DNA from: a virus
Taxonomy: Duplodnaviria > Caudoviricetes
Virus record (IMG/VR): IMGVR_UViG_3300024187_000009
Location: 1-62,719 of that record
Length of the DNA stretch: 62,719 nt
Direction: 5' to 3' (one strand)
Under the pieces are notes generated by a model that was given only the letters and a program-made list of their open reading frames with translations, had not been told where the DNA came from and made no database searches. Shown here in pieces: positions 46,431-54,269 of this stretch. The position numbers and the translations under genes are program-made. Position 1 is the stretch's first letter; each line of letters begins with the position of its first letter.

Positions 46431-46745
46431 ATGGCCGACTACACACCTAAGCCGCCAGTGGCACAAGCAGGACAGCCGCCCCTGGCTACTCAGTGGGTTC
46501 CATACCGGGAAGAAAACGGCGATCTCAAATCTGCGATCATGCACGCCGTCAATATCCCGAAAGATCCCACCGACAAGAAAGACAAGGGACAGAGCGCGGA
46601 CGGCAGGTACGTCAATGTCTCCGTCTCGATTCTTGATCCTGCTGGGCCGTTCCATCCCGGCAAGGTAGAGCGCAACGGGCGCGTCTACTGGCGGGACTTA
46701 GGGATTGTGACCAGCGATCCATGCGGGCCACCCTATCCAGGCTAA
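46431..46745 (+). CDS. Hypothetical protein
   Basis: GAGGGAG RBS; 104 aa. Confidence 0.5.
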   Translation: MADYTPKPPVAQAGQPPLATQWVPYREENGDLKSAIMHAVNIPKDPTDKKDKGQSADGRYVNVSVSILDPAGPFHPGKVERNGRVYWRDLGIVTSDPCGPPYPG

Positions 46746-46778
46746 TGAAACGATACGAGGATATGCGTCACTGTAACT

Positions 46779-47030
46779 ATGGATAGCCCTGTGCTTGAAA
46801 CACAAGACCCCAGCCAGACCTCTACGTATCAGCAGGTAATAGGCATTCTTGTGGGTATCGTGGCTACCTTAGGCGCGTGGATTGCAAAGATGAAGCGGGA
46901 TAACCAGCGTGGAGGAACGTCGCCTGCTGATGTTCGCAGGATTATTCGTGAGGATCGAGAAGCGGAGGAACGCTATCGGGAACTAGAGCGCCGCCTCGAA
47001 TACCTCGAACGGTATCTTGGCGCAAGATAG
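46779..47030 (+). CDS. Single-TM protein with charged coiled-coil tail
   Basis: VIGILVGIVATLGAWIA, then ELERRLEYLE. Confidence 0.55.
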   Translation: MDSPVLETQDPSQTSTYQQVIGILVGIVATLGAWIAKMKRDNQRGGTSPADVRRIIREDREAEERYRELERRLEYLERYLGAR

Positions 47031-47586
47031 CCAGCCAGCAGACTAGGCAGCACATCCATATCAGGTTGGTCCAGATAGCCACCACCCATCGATCTAACCC
47101 TCTTTGAGTGCTTGCCAGAAGAACCGCGCCGAACCATGGAACGGCGATCAGCGTAGAACGGTTGATCTTTTGAATCAGGCATGTCGCTAATGCAACGCCC
47201 ATAAATACGGCGGTGCTGTACAAACGCACGAAATACATCGTTCGGTCGTAATGAGGCCACGGAGGCGGCAGAGCAAACATCAGCGCCGCAGAGATCAGCA
47301 TGCCAATCGACAATACGAATATGCGCCCATATCGATCCGTGGGAATCATCGACCAGATCCACGGAATCGTCCATACCACCAGCATTCCTTCTAGGACGGG
47401 GTTCCAAGCAGCCGATCCTTGGAGGATCGAGCATGCTCCCATCATCAGCATGTAGGCCCCGAATGCTAGCGGCGTCCTATTGCGCAAGCCGATACAAAGC
47501 ATCAGCGCCACGTTCGCCAGCGTTATCGCAATCCACGCGATCTTAACCGGCGTCAGCACGCTAATACCGAATAGGTAGTGGATCAT
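46942..47586 (-). CDS. Polytopic membrane protein (~7 TM)
   Basis: Multiple hydrophobic segments; last gene of the leftward operon. Confidence 0.65.
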   Translation of the reverse strand: MIHYLFGISVLTPVKIAWIAITLANVALMLCIGLRNRTPLAFGAYMLMMGACSILQGSAAWNPVLEGMLVVWTIPWIWSMIPTDRYGRIFVLSIGMLISAALMFALPPPWPHYDRTMYFVRLYSTAVFMGVALATCLIQKINRSTLIAVPWFGAVLLASTQRGLDRWVVAIWTNLIWMCCLVCWLAILRQDTVRGIRGGALVPDSVPPLLDPHE

Positions 47587-47855
47587 TCGCCCCGCTCTGC
47601 CTGCGCTGCTGCGTCCGCTGCGTTGCTTCCAGCGGATTGTAGTGAGCCTTCAGCAGTCGTCTGCGGGTCCCGTGGTGGTTCGGGTAGCGGCATCCAGTGC
47701 GTCGGCTGCTCGGGCCTAAAGTATATAGCCGAGTTGATCGCGTAGAATCCCCGCGTGTCTCGCCGTCCCATGTTGATTATTCCTGGCCAACCAAGCAGAA
47801 CCTTGGTGCCGTCGCTAGGGCAAGTTTCAATCGGACGCCAACCCGTATCCGTCAT
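47583..47855 (-). CDS. DUF551-like protein
   Basis: WRPIETCPSDGTKVLL...PTHWMPLPEPP. Confidence 0.75.
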   Translation of the reverse strand: MTDTGWRPIETCPSDGTKVLLGWPGIINMGRRDTRGFYAINSAIYFRPEQPTHWMPLPEPPRDPQTTAEGSLQSAGSNAADAAAQAERGE

Positions 47856-48406
47856 ACGCGCCCCCGTTCTAGCCATCGCGCCATAGTAAGCAACTTCTGA
47901 GATTCGGCGTAATCCACGCAGTGCTTCATGGCCAAATCGCGCAACTCCTGCGGGCTGACGGGGCACACGTCGTCTGGTGGTGGGGCAATAGCGTCCCGGA
48001 CCCAGGACCACTTATCCGCGCGTGGCCCTTCCGCTTCCTCCTTTGAGCATTGCGGGCATGGTATTTTCGTGGATGGTCCGCGTTCGCAATTTCCGCAGCG
48101 GCATTCTCCCCATGTCTGCTTAGTCGAGGAACACAGAAATCGTTCGTTGTTGCACGTTGGACATGCGGCCTTGGCGCGCTTCGCATCCACTCGATTGTTG
48201 ATATCCTCCAGCATTTCATCGCGTGCGGATTCTTCGTCGTACATCATTGTTTTTTGTTTCTCGCCTCCCTCGCCTGCTGCACCCGTCGTGAAGCATCCAC
48301 AAGTGCAGTCTTCGCATTCGTATCCTAGTTCCCCAATGTGGTGCCGTATGAAAGCGTCTCCACAAACGCACAGTGGGAACGTAGTACGCTCAATATCTTG
48401 GCTCAC
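47852..48406 (-). CDS. Cys-rich zinc-finger hypothetical protein
   Basis: GTG 48406 with RBS; several CxC/CxxC motifs. Confidence 0.5.
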   Translation of the reverse strand: MSQDIERTTFPLCVCGDAFIRHHIGELGYECEDCTCGCFTTGAAGEGGEKQKTMMYDEESARDEMLEDINNRVDAKRAKAACPTCNNERFLCSSTKQTWGECRCGNCERGPSTKIPCPQCSKEEAEGPRADKWSWVRDAIAPPPDDVCPVSPQELRDLAMKHCVDYAESQKLLTMARWLERGRV

Positions 48407-48730
48407 ATCCCCTCTTTTGGCTGCCCACGCAGCGCGACGTGGGCGGCGTCTTGCGCCCTCATCTGGACCTTGCAGGCCATCGAGTGCCCTCCTAGATCGT
48501 TGCTGCCGCAAACGCAATACTTGCTTTCGGTCTGGTAGTCGTAGCACGCAAGCAAATCCTTCAGCGCCGCCCGCAGCGCGTCCCGCTCGTTACGCAATTC
48601 CGCAAGCTGGCGCTGCAATTCCGAGACGTGATCCGCGTACACCCGTGACAGTGGCGTGCCTTCGGACTTCATCCGATACTCAAAATCTGGATCACCTTCG
48701 CTCACATCCCCTCCTTTGGCTCCCCACGCA
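48401..48730. repeat. 31-bp direct repeat at gene junctions (48401-48431 and 48700-48730)
   Basis: gctcacatcccctc(t/c)tttggct(g/c)cccacgca, 2 mismatches. Confidence 0.85.
48403..48705 (-). CDS. Hypothetical protein
   Basis: Coiled coil plus CVCG; flanked by 31-bp repeats. Confidence 0.55.
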   Translation of the reverse strand: MSEGDPDFEYRMKSEGTPLSRVYADHVSELQRQLAELRNERDALRAALKDLLACYDYQTESKYCVCGSNDLGGHSMACKVQMRAQDAAHVALRGQPKEGM

Positions 48731-48974
48731 TCGCGGCGCGTGCTCTGTTGAATAATTCCTCATGCTTCCATGCGAACTGCTCATCCCCGTCGTCTAGATC
48801 AATGAAGGCTCGCAGCATGGCCCGCAACTTTTCTATCTCATCCAGGCACGCCGCAAGATCCCGCTTATGCGCCAGATAGCAAAACTCTCCTGGGCGATTG
48901 GTGGCGAACCATTCGTCCCGCAATCTCTGCACGTCCACCGGCTCACGCTTGGGCGCGGATGCGTCTGTGCTCAT
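48702..48974 (-). CDS. Hypothetical protein
   Basis: 90 aa; ends RGEPKEGM like its neighbour. Confidence 0.55.
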   Translation of the reverse strand: MSTDASAPKREPVDVQRLRDEWFATNRPGEFCYLAHKRDLAACLDEIEKLRAMLRAFIDLDDGDEQFAWKHEELFNRARAAMRGEPKEGM

Positions 48975-49053
48975 CGTAGCCAGCCGCGCTTCTGCGCATA
49001 TTCGCCAGCTACGCCCCAGCAGGCGAGAACGATCAGGGCAATGCCGAGGGCCA

Positions 49054-49371
49054 TCATAGCCAGCCCTTTACGATATAGCCCATGCCTACGCCCAACAGTG
49101 GGCCGATGAAGCCGTATAGTAATGGGTTGTACCATTTGTAATCCTTGGACTTTTGGCAATCTCCTCCACCGGGAGGAGAGAATGTAGTAACTACCAGCCC
49201 GACGCCTATCGCTTGCGCAATAGCTAAAGGCGGAAGATGGAACAGGGGAACCATAAACCATCCCCACAGGACAGAAAGAGCCCAGCCTCTCATAAGGGCA
49301 AGCGGTATTCCTATAATTGCTATACCCCCGATCATGAGAACGGCCAATCCGATGCTGGCTAATATCTGCAT
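49054..49371 (-). CDS. Membrane protein
   Basis: LWGWFMVPLFHLPPLAIAQAIG motif; 3-4 TM. Confidence 0.65.
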   Translation of the reverse strand: MQILASIGLAVLMIGGIAIIGIPLALMRGWALSVLWGWFMVPLFHLPPLAIAQAIGVGLVVTTFSPPGGGDCQKSKDYKWYNPLLYGFIGPLLGVGMGYIVKGWL

Positions 49372-50574
49372 TTACGCCTGCCCCTTTCGTTGGTCTACCA
49401 GTTCCTTCAACTCTGCGAGCAGCGCCGCCCATGCGTCACCAGAAAGGTTCAGCGCATCCTGGAGGCTTTCTGCGCCATGCACGCCCAAACAGTCCGAGAA
49501 TGCGCGTTGTCCGATCACCTCAGCAGCATGCGCTAGAACATCCATATTCTCTTTCTCCTGCTTGAGGCGGTTACGCTCTGCGCCTAGAACTCGCCAGATA
49601 GAGATTGCGTGCTCTTTGGTCTGTATTTCATTGCAGTGCTCGTAACCTTTAGCTTTGAGCGTGGACTTGTAGATTTCATCCGTCCCCGTATAGGAGCGGA
49701 TATCGTCCTTCATCTGCTTCCACTCCTTCAACTTAGAAAGAGAGATGATGCCGTGCGCGCCCGACTTGCCCGCCTTGGCCTGCTGATCGCGCTGCGCCTC
49801 GTCCAGGATTGCCTGCGCCTCTTTATCCTTAGCTGACTGGCGAATCTCGATAGAACGCGCCGTTTCTCTCAACGTCGGCATATCCTCGCGCGGAATCGCT
49901 TCGCGTATTTGCGGCGGTTCATCGAGCATCTTAGCGCCTTCGATGATTAGGGCCTGAATGCTCGGGGATGCGTTGCGCACGTCGCGGGACTCCGCTGCCG
50001 CTCGCTCTGCGGAGGGATTAACTCGCTGCCCCGGAGCGTAAGGCTCAAGCCCCTTCTCTGCGAGGTATGCTTTCTGCGCTTCCTTGCTGCCCTGTTCGCC
50101 CACCTCCTCCTCAGTGACAACGCCGTTGATAGCGAAGCTGCGCTTAAGCGCTAGCACTTCGGCAACCTTAGCGATCATGGCGGAGGGATACTGCTGCCAC
50201 ACCTGAGAGGCTTTCTTATATTCGGAGTAGTAAGCCTCACAGATGACTGGATGCCCGCGATCCTTGCGCCATACCGAGCATACAGCCTTGATGGGGATGT
50301 TCTTATCGTCGCGCTCTACCCGCGTTTCCATGCCATCGAACTGCGGGTGATCGTTGGCCTTGCGTAGGTATCCGTCACGGGAGGCCATCACGCCGATCTG
50401 CGGAGCGTAGTAAATCTCCTTCAGGAAGGGGTTAAGTCCCGTGGCTTTACACACCTCAATGAACATGCGGAACTGCGCTTCGGTTGCGCCCTTGCAGACG
50501 GTCTGCTTGATCGTCTCAAGCATCTGCGGGTCTTGGTACTGCGGTACTACCGTCAATGCGTTACTGCTCATCAT
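49372..50574 (-). CDS. bet: Bet/RecT-family single-strand annealing recombinase with long C-terminal extension
   Basis: IKQTVCKGATEAQFRMF...GLNPFLKEIY; SRDGY..KANDHPQFDGM; WQQYPSAMIAKVAE..ALKRSF. Confidence 0.88.
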   Translation of the reverse strand: MMSSNALTVVPQYQDPQMLETIKQTVCKGATEAQFRMFIEVCKATGLNPFLKEIYYAPQIGVMASRDGYLRKANDHPQFDGMETRVERDDKNIPIKAVCSVWRKDRGHPVICEAYYSEYKKASQVWQQYPSAMIAKVAEVLALKRSFAINGVVTEEEVGEQGSKEAQKAYLAEKGLEPYAPGQRVNPSAERAAAESRDVRNASPSIQALIIEGAKMLDEPPQIREAIPREDMPTLRETARSIEIRQSAKDKEAQAILDEAQRDQQAKAGKSGAHGIISLSKLKEWKQMKDDIRSYTGTDEIYKSTLKAKGYEHCNEIQTKEHAISIWRVLGAERNRLKQEKENMDVLAHAAEVIGQRAFSDCLGVHGAESLQDALNLSGDAWAALLAELKELVDQRKGQA

Positions 50575-50710
50575 CCCCTCCTCGAAGAATGGGCGTGCCC
50601 AATGGCAGAAGAGCACGCCCCTGTTCGTCCGTCACGGAATCCACGTATAGCACCAGTTCCAGCAGATCGAGCGCGCCTAGCGTCTCGGCGTACAGGGCGT
50701 CCTCGGTCAT
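50561..50710 (-). CDS. Small acidic hypothetical protein (49 aa)
   Basis: GGAGGG RBS; MTEDALYAETL...GGDDEQ*. Confidence 0.45.
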   Translation of the reverse strand: MTEDALYAETLGALDLLELVLYVDSVTDEQGRALLPLGTPILRGGDDEQ

Positions 50711-50711
50711 G

Positions 50712-50918
50712 CTATCCCTCCACGCTCAGATCGTAGGCCATGTCACTCATCCAATCTGAGTAATCTTCGGCGTCTGCCTCCGCTTCATCCAAGCAGCGGT
50801 TGCAGATGCGTTCCTGATCTCGGTAACCAGTCTGCGGGTCAGCTTCGCCGTAATAGCGAAGCTCGTAGCCGCAGGAAGTAGGGCCACCGCATTTATCGCA
50901 AGAGGGTGTTTGTTCCAT
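50712..50918 (-). CDS. Small zinc-finger protein, likely leaderless
   Basis: CDKC...CNRC; ATG 5 nt after a -10 box. Confidence 0.55.
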   Translation of the reverse strand: MEQTPSCDKCGGPTSCGYELRYYGEADPQTGYRDQERICNRCLDEAEADAEDYSDWMSDMAYDLSVEG

Positions 50919-50923
50919 GCCCA

Positions 50924-50974
50924 AGGATAGCACGAATAAAAACATTTGCAATAGTTTTCTTCCTGTGCTAGGAT
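50924..50974. promoter_or_regulatory. Divergent promoters sharing one palindromic -35 (TTGCAA 50946-50951)
   Basis: Plus strand TTGCAA-N17-TAGGAT; minus strand TTGCAA-N16-TATCCT; both have TGc extensions. Confidence 0.6.
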
Positions 50975-50981
50975 CTATTAC

Positions 50982-51125
50982 ATGGAAAAGATCAAGCCGG
51001 TTACAACGCGGCTACCTGTATCGGTCCTGAAGCGCCTAAAGGCTGCGGCTCAGGAAAGCGGCCTTAAACTCGAAGCGGTGATGAAGCAGGCGGCGGAGCT
51101 TTGGCTGAAAGAGAACAACGCATGA
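50982..51125 (+). CDS. Ribbon-helix-helix (Arc/CopG-like) regulator, 47 aa
   Basis: MEKIKPVTTRLPVSVLKRLKAAAQESGLKLEAVMKQAAELWL; not in the ORF track. Confidence 0.75.
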   Translation: MEKIKPVTTRLPVSVLKRLKAAAQESGLKLEAVMKQAAELWLKENNA

Positions 51126-51249
51126 AGGCATTTCCTGTAGATCACCTTCTGCCCAACAGCCGCTGCCAGTCACTGAAGCTGCTGCTGACGCCGCAGCCGC
51201 CTAAGCTGCCGTGGTGGCCGAGAATGCTGGGATGGCTGGAGCGTGCGCT

Positions 51250-51615
51250 ATGGCTGTAAGTTTCGTAATCCCCGGGGCGCCGCGCACCAAGAAGAATCAT
51301 GGGCGCAGGATTATGCGGGGCAAGCGAATCTTCAACGTGCCAAGCGAAGCCTATACAGCGTGGAACAAGCTCGCGGTATGGGCGCTGAGGCGGGCTAATC
51401 CTCCGGTGATAGCCTACCCCGTAAACTGCCGTGCGCTGTTCTTCAGGGAAGCGCTGACTGGGGACGCTGTAGGGTACTACCAGGCCTTGGCCGACACGCT
51501 GGAGAACGCCGGGGTGCTTACAAACGATAAGCTAATCGTGTCCTGGGATGGATCGCGCATGCTCAAGGATGCCGATAACCCCCGTATCATCGTAACGCTG
51601 GAGCCAGCCGCATGA
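51250..51615 (+). CDS. RusA-like Holliday junction resolvase
   Basis: FVIPGAPRTKKN; D....QALADTLENAGVLTNDK; NPRIIV. Confidence 0.8.
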   Translation: MAVSFVIPGAPRTKKNHGRRIMRGKRIFNVPSEAYTAWNKLAVWALRRANPPVIAYPVNCRALFFREALTGDAVGYYQALADTLENAGVLTNDKLIVSWDGSRMLKDADNPRIIVTLEPAA

Positions 51616-51677
51616 TCGTACTATGCCGCATTTGCCAGATACGGCGCGTTTATGGGCGTTTCCGGGACTGCCTATGA
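51612..51677 (+). pseudogene. Truncated 5' remnant of gene 52156..52344 (21 aa)
   Basis: MIVLCRICQIRRVYGRFRDCL* vs MTVLCKLCQIRRVYGRFEICL, 16/21 identical. Confidence 0.8.
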
Positions 51678-52159
51678 AAGAAATACAGCTTACGCAGGGG
51701 TTAGTGGCACTGGTGGATGATGAGGATTTCGAGCGCGTAAACGCATTCAAGTGGCACGCATTTTCTAGGAACCACTGGGTAACATACGCCGCTAGGAACC
51801 TCCCGAGGGATGGATCTAAGAGGCAGCGCATTTTTATGCACACGTTCATCACTGGAGTTCGTGGTGCGGACCACAGGGACAATAATGGCTTAAACAACCA
51901 GAAGTCTAACTTGAGGCCGGCTACGGGAACACAGAACAACGCTAACGCAAGGAAGCGGAAAGGTGCTAGTTCCAGGTTTCGAGGGGTTTCATGGAAGTCA
52001 TCCGAATCAAAATGGTGGGCTCAGATTCAGAAGCATGGAAAGGCGGAAAGCCTGGGACTATTTGCTGACGAGGTGGACGCCGCCACAGCCTATAATCTAC
52101 GCGTCCATGAACTGTTCGGGGAGTTTGCCAAATTCAACACTCCGGAGATGGGAGCATGA
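51674..52159 (+). CDS. HNH-AP2 homing endonuclease
   Basis: MKEIQLTQG..ALVDDEDF; DHRDNNGLNNQKSNLR; FRGVSW...LGLFADEVDAATAYN. Confidence 0.9.
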   Translation: MKEIQLTQGLVALVDDEDFERVNAFKWHAFSRNHWVTYAARNLPRDGSKRQRIFMHTFITGVRGADHRDNNGLNNQKSNLRPATGTQNNANARKRKGASSRFRGVSWKSSESKWWAQIQKHGKAESLGLFADEVDAATAYNLRVHELFGEFAKFNTPEMGA

Positions 52160-52344
52160 CCGTATTGTGCAAGCTGTGCCAGATTCGCAGAGTCTACGGA
52201 CGCTTTGAAATATGCCTGTCTTGCAGAATGGAGGAGCGATGGCAGGACAACCAGGAGCGCCGTAGGCGCAAGGAAGTGGTAATCCGCAGACTGGGCCCGA
52301 GGGAGGTTGAAGTGGCTCTAAATTGGGAGCGTAAGCCGGCATGA
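52156..52344 (+). CDS. Small zinc-finger protein
   Basis: CKLC...CLSC; coupled on both sides. Confidence 0.6.
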   Translation: MTVLCKLCQIRRVYGRFEICLSCRMEERWQDNQERRRRKEVVIRRLGPREVEVALNWERKPA

Positions 52345-52664
52345 AATACCAGGCGCATAGTGAAACATCGCGGGAAGCTGCCGAGCGCGCTGAGCCACAA
52401 GCCGGTACGCAGAGGCGCAAGATACTGGATTATATGAAGTTAGTGCGCTGCGCAACCGACGAGATGCAGCAGGAGGCGCTTCAGATGAATCCGAGCACCC
52501 AGAGACCGCGGCGCGGGGAACTGGTAGATAGCGGGCATCTTAGGGATTCGGGACGTAAGGCGCTGACTAGGAGCGGCCGACGGGCAGTGCTGTGGGAGAT
52601 TTGCAATCCGAAGTATGCACAACAAACTTTTTTGCCGGATGCGGCTAGTATTTTCGTGAAGTGA
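52341..52664 (+). CDS. Winged-helix DNA-binding protein
   Basis: TSREAA...ATDE.....L.MNPSTQRPRRGELV..G...DSG....TRSGR.A..W. Confidence 0.75.
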   Translation: MKYQAHSETSREAAERAEPQAGTQRRKILDYMKLVRCATDEMQQEALQMNPSTQRPRRGELVDSGHLRDSGRKALTRSGRRAVLWEICNPKYAQQTFLPDAASIFVK

Positions 52665-52665
52665 T

Positions 52666-53197
52666 GAACTGGCGCGGCGGTGATCGCGTACCGAGTCCCG
52701 AGGTGGAGAGCCTGGGGGCGGCAACTGGTGAGACACGGTGATTGAAACAGTATCATGCAGCGGATGCCAACGATGCCCGGTAGGACTATCGTTCCGCCAG
52801 TTTTTGTGTTATGATGAAAGGGTACGAAACATGTTTGGGGGAGCGGTGCCGCAAACACCCTCCCCAGCCTTTGCGGGGCAGTATGTTAATCACCGCGCCT
52901 GTAGGCGCTTCCCAGAACCCTCCAAGAGCTTCTATGTTCGTGCCCTGTGCCGTGAGGTGCAGCGGTTTACGACGGCCCTGCTCGCGTAATTGCATCCCCG
53001 CCACGTAATAAACGGCGGGATAGCCGCCTAGTGGTGTGAACCGTAAGAGGGGATGAGGGTTCCTGGATGATCGTTAGGACCGGCGTCTTTCGAGACGCTA
53101 CACCTGGATCTGGGAGAAAAGAGCTAAGGCGACGGGCTCAGTGGCTCCGCTGGAAAGACCTGAGAAAGTATCACGTGAAAAGCGTGGTACTCAGGTC
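52666..53197 (+). ncRNA. Candidate structured non-coding RNA / regulatory leader
   Basis: No convincing long ORF; many nested stems with G-U-compatible mismatches (see findings). Confidence 0.5.
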
Positions 53198-53236
53198 CTA
53201 TGCTCGAAGCTAGTTCACCACTGGAAAGAGGGGAGC

Positions 53237-53509
53237 ATGACGAAAGATCAACAAACCACAGCGACAGTACTAGCAAAGCAACTTGCGGAACATATAGCCG
53301 AGTGCGACATCGATCAGTACAGAGTTTTGATGGCATCGCGCAAAGGTAACAAAAGATCAGTGGTCTTAGTGGCCCTGAGCGATACCGCAGTGGATCGGTT
53401 ACTGGATTGGATCGACAGCCAAAAGGAAAGTGGCCGGATGGTAGACCAAATTCTTCAGCCCACATTTAGCGATTCTCCACGCCCAAAACCGTATGGGGAT
53501 CTAGGGTGA
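53237..53509 (+). CDS. Hypothetical protein
   Basis: GAGGGGAG RBS before ATG 53237. Confidence 0.45.
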   Translation: MTKDQQTTATVLAKQLAEHIAECDIDQYRVLMASRKGNKRSVVLVALSDTAVDRLLDWIDSQKESGRMVDQILQPTFSDSPRPKPYGDLG

Positions 53510-53530
53510 GATTGAAAAGAAAGGAGTTAA

Positions 53531-53758
53531 ATGCAAGCTGAAAGTTCTGATGAACGCTTCATGAACGCGATCAAGCAAGCGATTACCGAAGCTACCGAGG
53601 CTGCTGTTTCTGAATGTATTGCCGATGCTCAGAATAAAATCGCCGCGAAGTTGAGCGAAATTACGGCGGGTGTGGCGCTGCGAGTGATGCAGCAGGTCAG
53701 CATGGAAAGAATGGGGCCGGATCTGCATATCATAGTGAAACTAGAGGGGTTAAAATGA
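53531..53758 (+). CDS. Hypothetical helical protein
   Basis: AAAGGAG RBS. Confidence 0.6.
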   Translation: MQAESSDERFMNAIKQAITEATEAAVSECIADAQNKIAAKLSEITAGVALRVMQQVSMERMGPDLHIIVKLEGLK

Positions 53759-53790
53759 CCCACTGCCCGCATTGTGGTAAATCGCTATGA
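53755..53790 (+). pseudogene. Truncated 5' remnant of the replication gene (11 aa)
   Basis: MTHCPHCGKSL* vs MKKCPHCGQLI of 54266..54763. Confidence 0.7.
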
Positions 53791-54269
53791 GGACAATCAA
53801 CATCTCAAGAGGTTTTGTAGTTCTAGTAGATGACGCCGATTTTGAGAGAGTCAACGCTTTCAAGTGGAAGTCGATGATCTCAAAAAGAAAGACTCGGCCT
53901 GACGTTGTTTATGCCTGCCGCAACCATCGCAATAAGTGTATCTATATGCATCGGTTCATCTTGGGATGTTCTAGGAACATTGATCACAAGGACGGAGACG
54001 GGCTCAATAATCAACGCGAAAACCTGCGCGAGTGCACGCAATCTCAGAATGGCGCTAACAAGCGCAAGTATCGCGGATCGTCGAAGTATAAGGGCGTATC
54101 CTGGCACGCTGGCGGAAAGAAGTGGCAAGTGCACATTAAGACGCCGGAGGCCAATATGTACCTGGGCCTGTTTGCCGATGAAGCCGATGCCGCAACTGCG
54201 TATAACTTCGCAGCCCTTGAGCACTTTGGCGAGTTCGCGGTATTCAATTACCGGGAGGCGTCCCGATGA
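53787..54269 (+). CDS. HNH-AP2 homing endonuclease
   Basis: LVDDADF; MHRFIL; IDHKDGDGLNNQRENLR; YKGVSW; AATAYN...FGEFA. Confidence 0.9.
   Translation: MRTINISRGFVVLVDDADFERVNAFKWKSMISKRKTRPDVVYACRNHRNKCIYMHRFILGCSRNIDHKDGDGLNNQRENLRECTQSQNGANKRKYRGSSKYKGVSWHAGGKKWQVHIKTPEANMYLGLFADEADAATAYNFAALEHFGEFAVFNYREASR

Noticed and set aside
47928-48755. 275-aa plus-strand ORF and other long antisense ORFs
   Set aside because: Shadow frames of coupled, RBS-bearing genes on the opposite strand in GC-rich DNA; Ser/Arg/Pro-rich with no motifs.
52666-53197. tRNA, tmRNA or group I/II intron
   Set aside because: No cloverleaf with TTC-loop and CCA end, no group II domain V, and no interrupted gene to splice.
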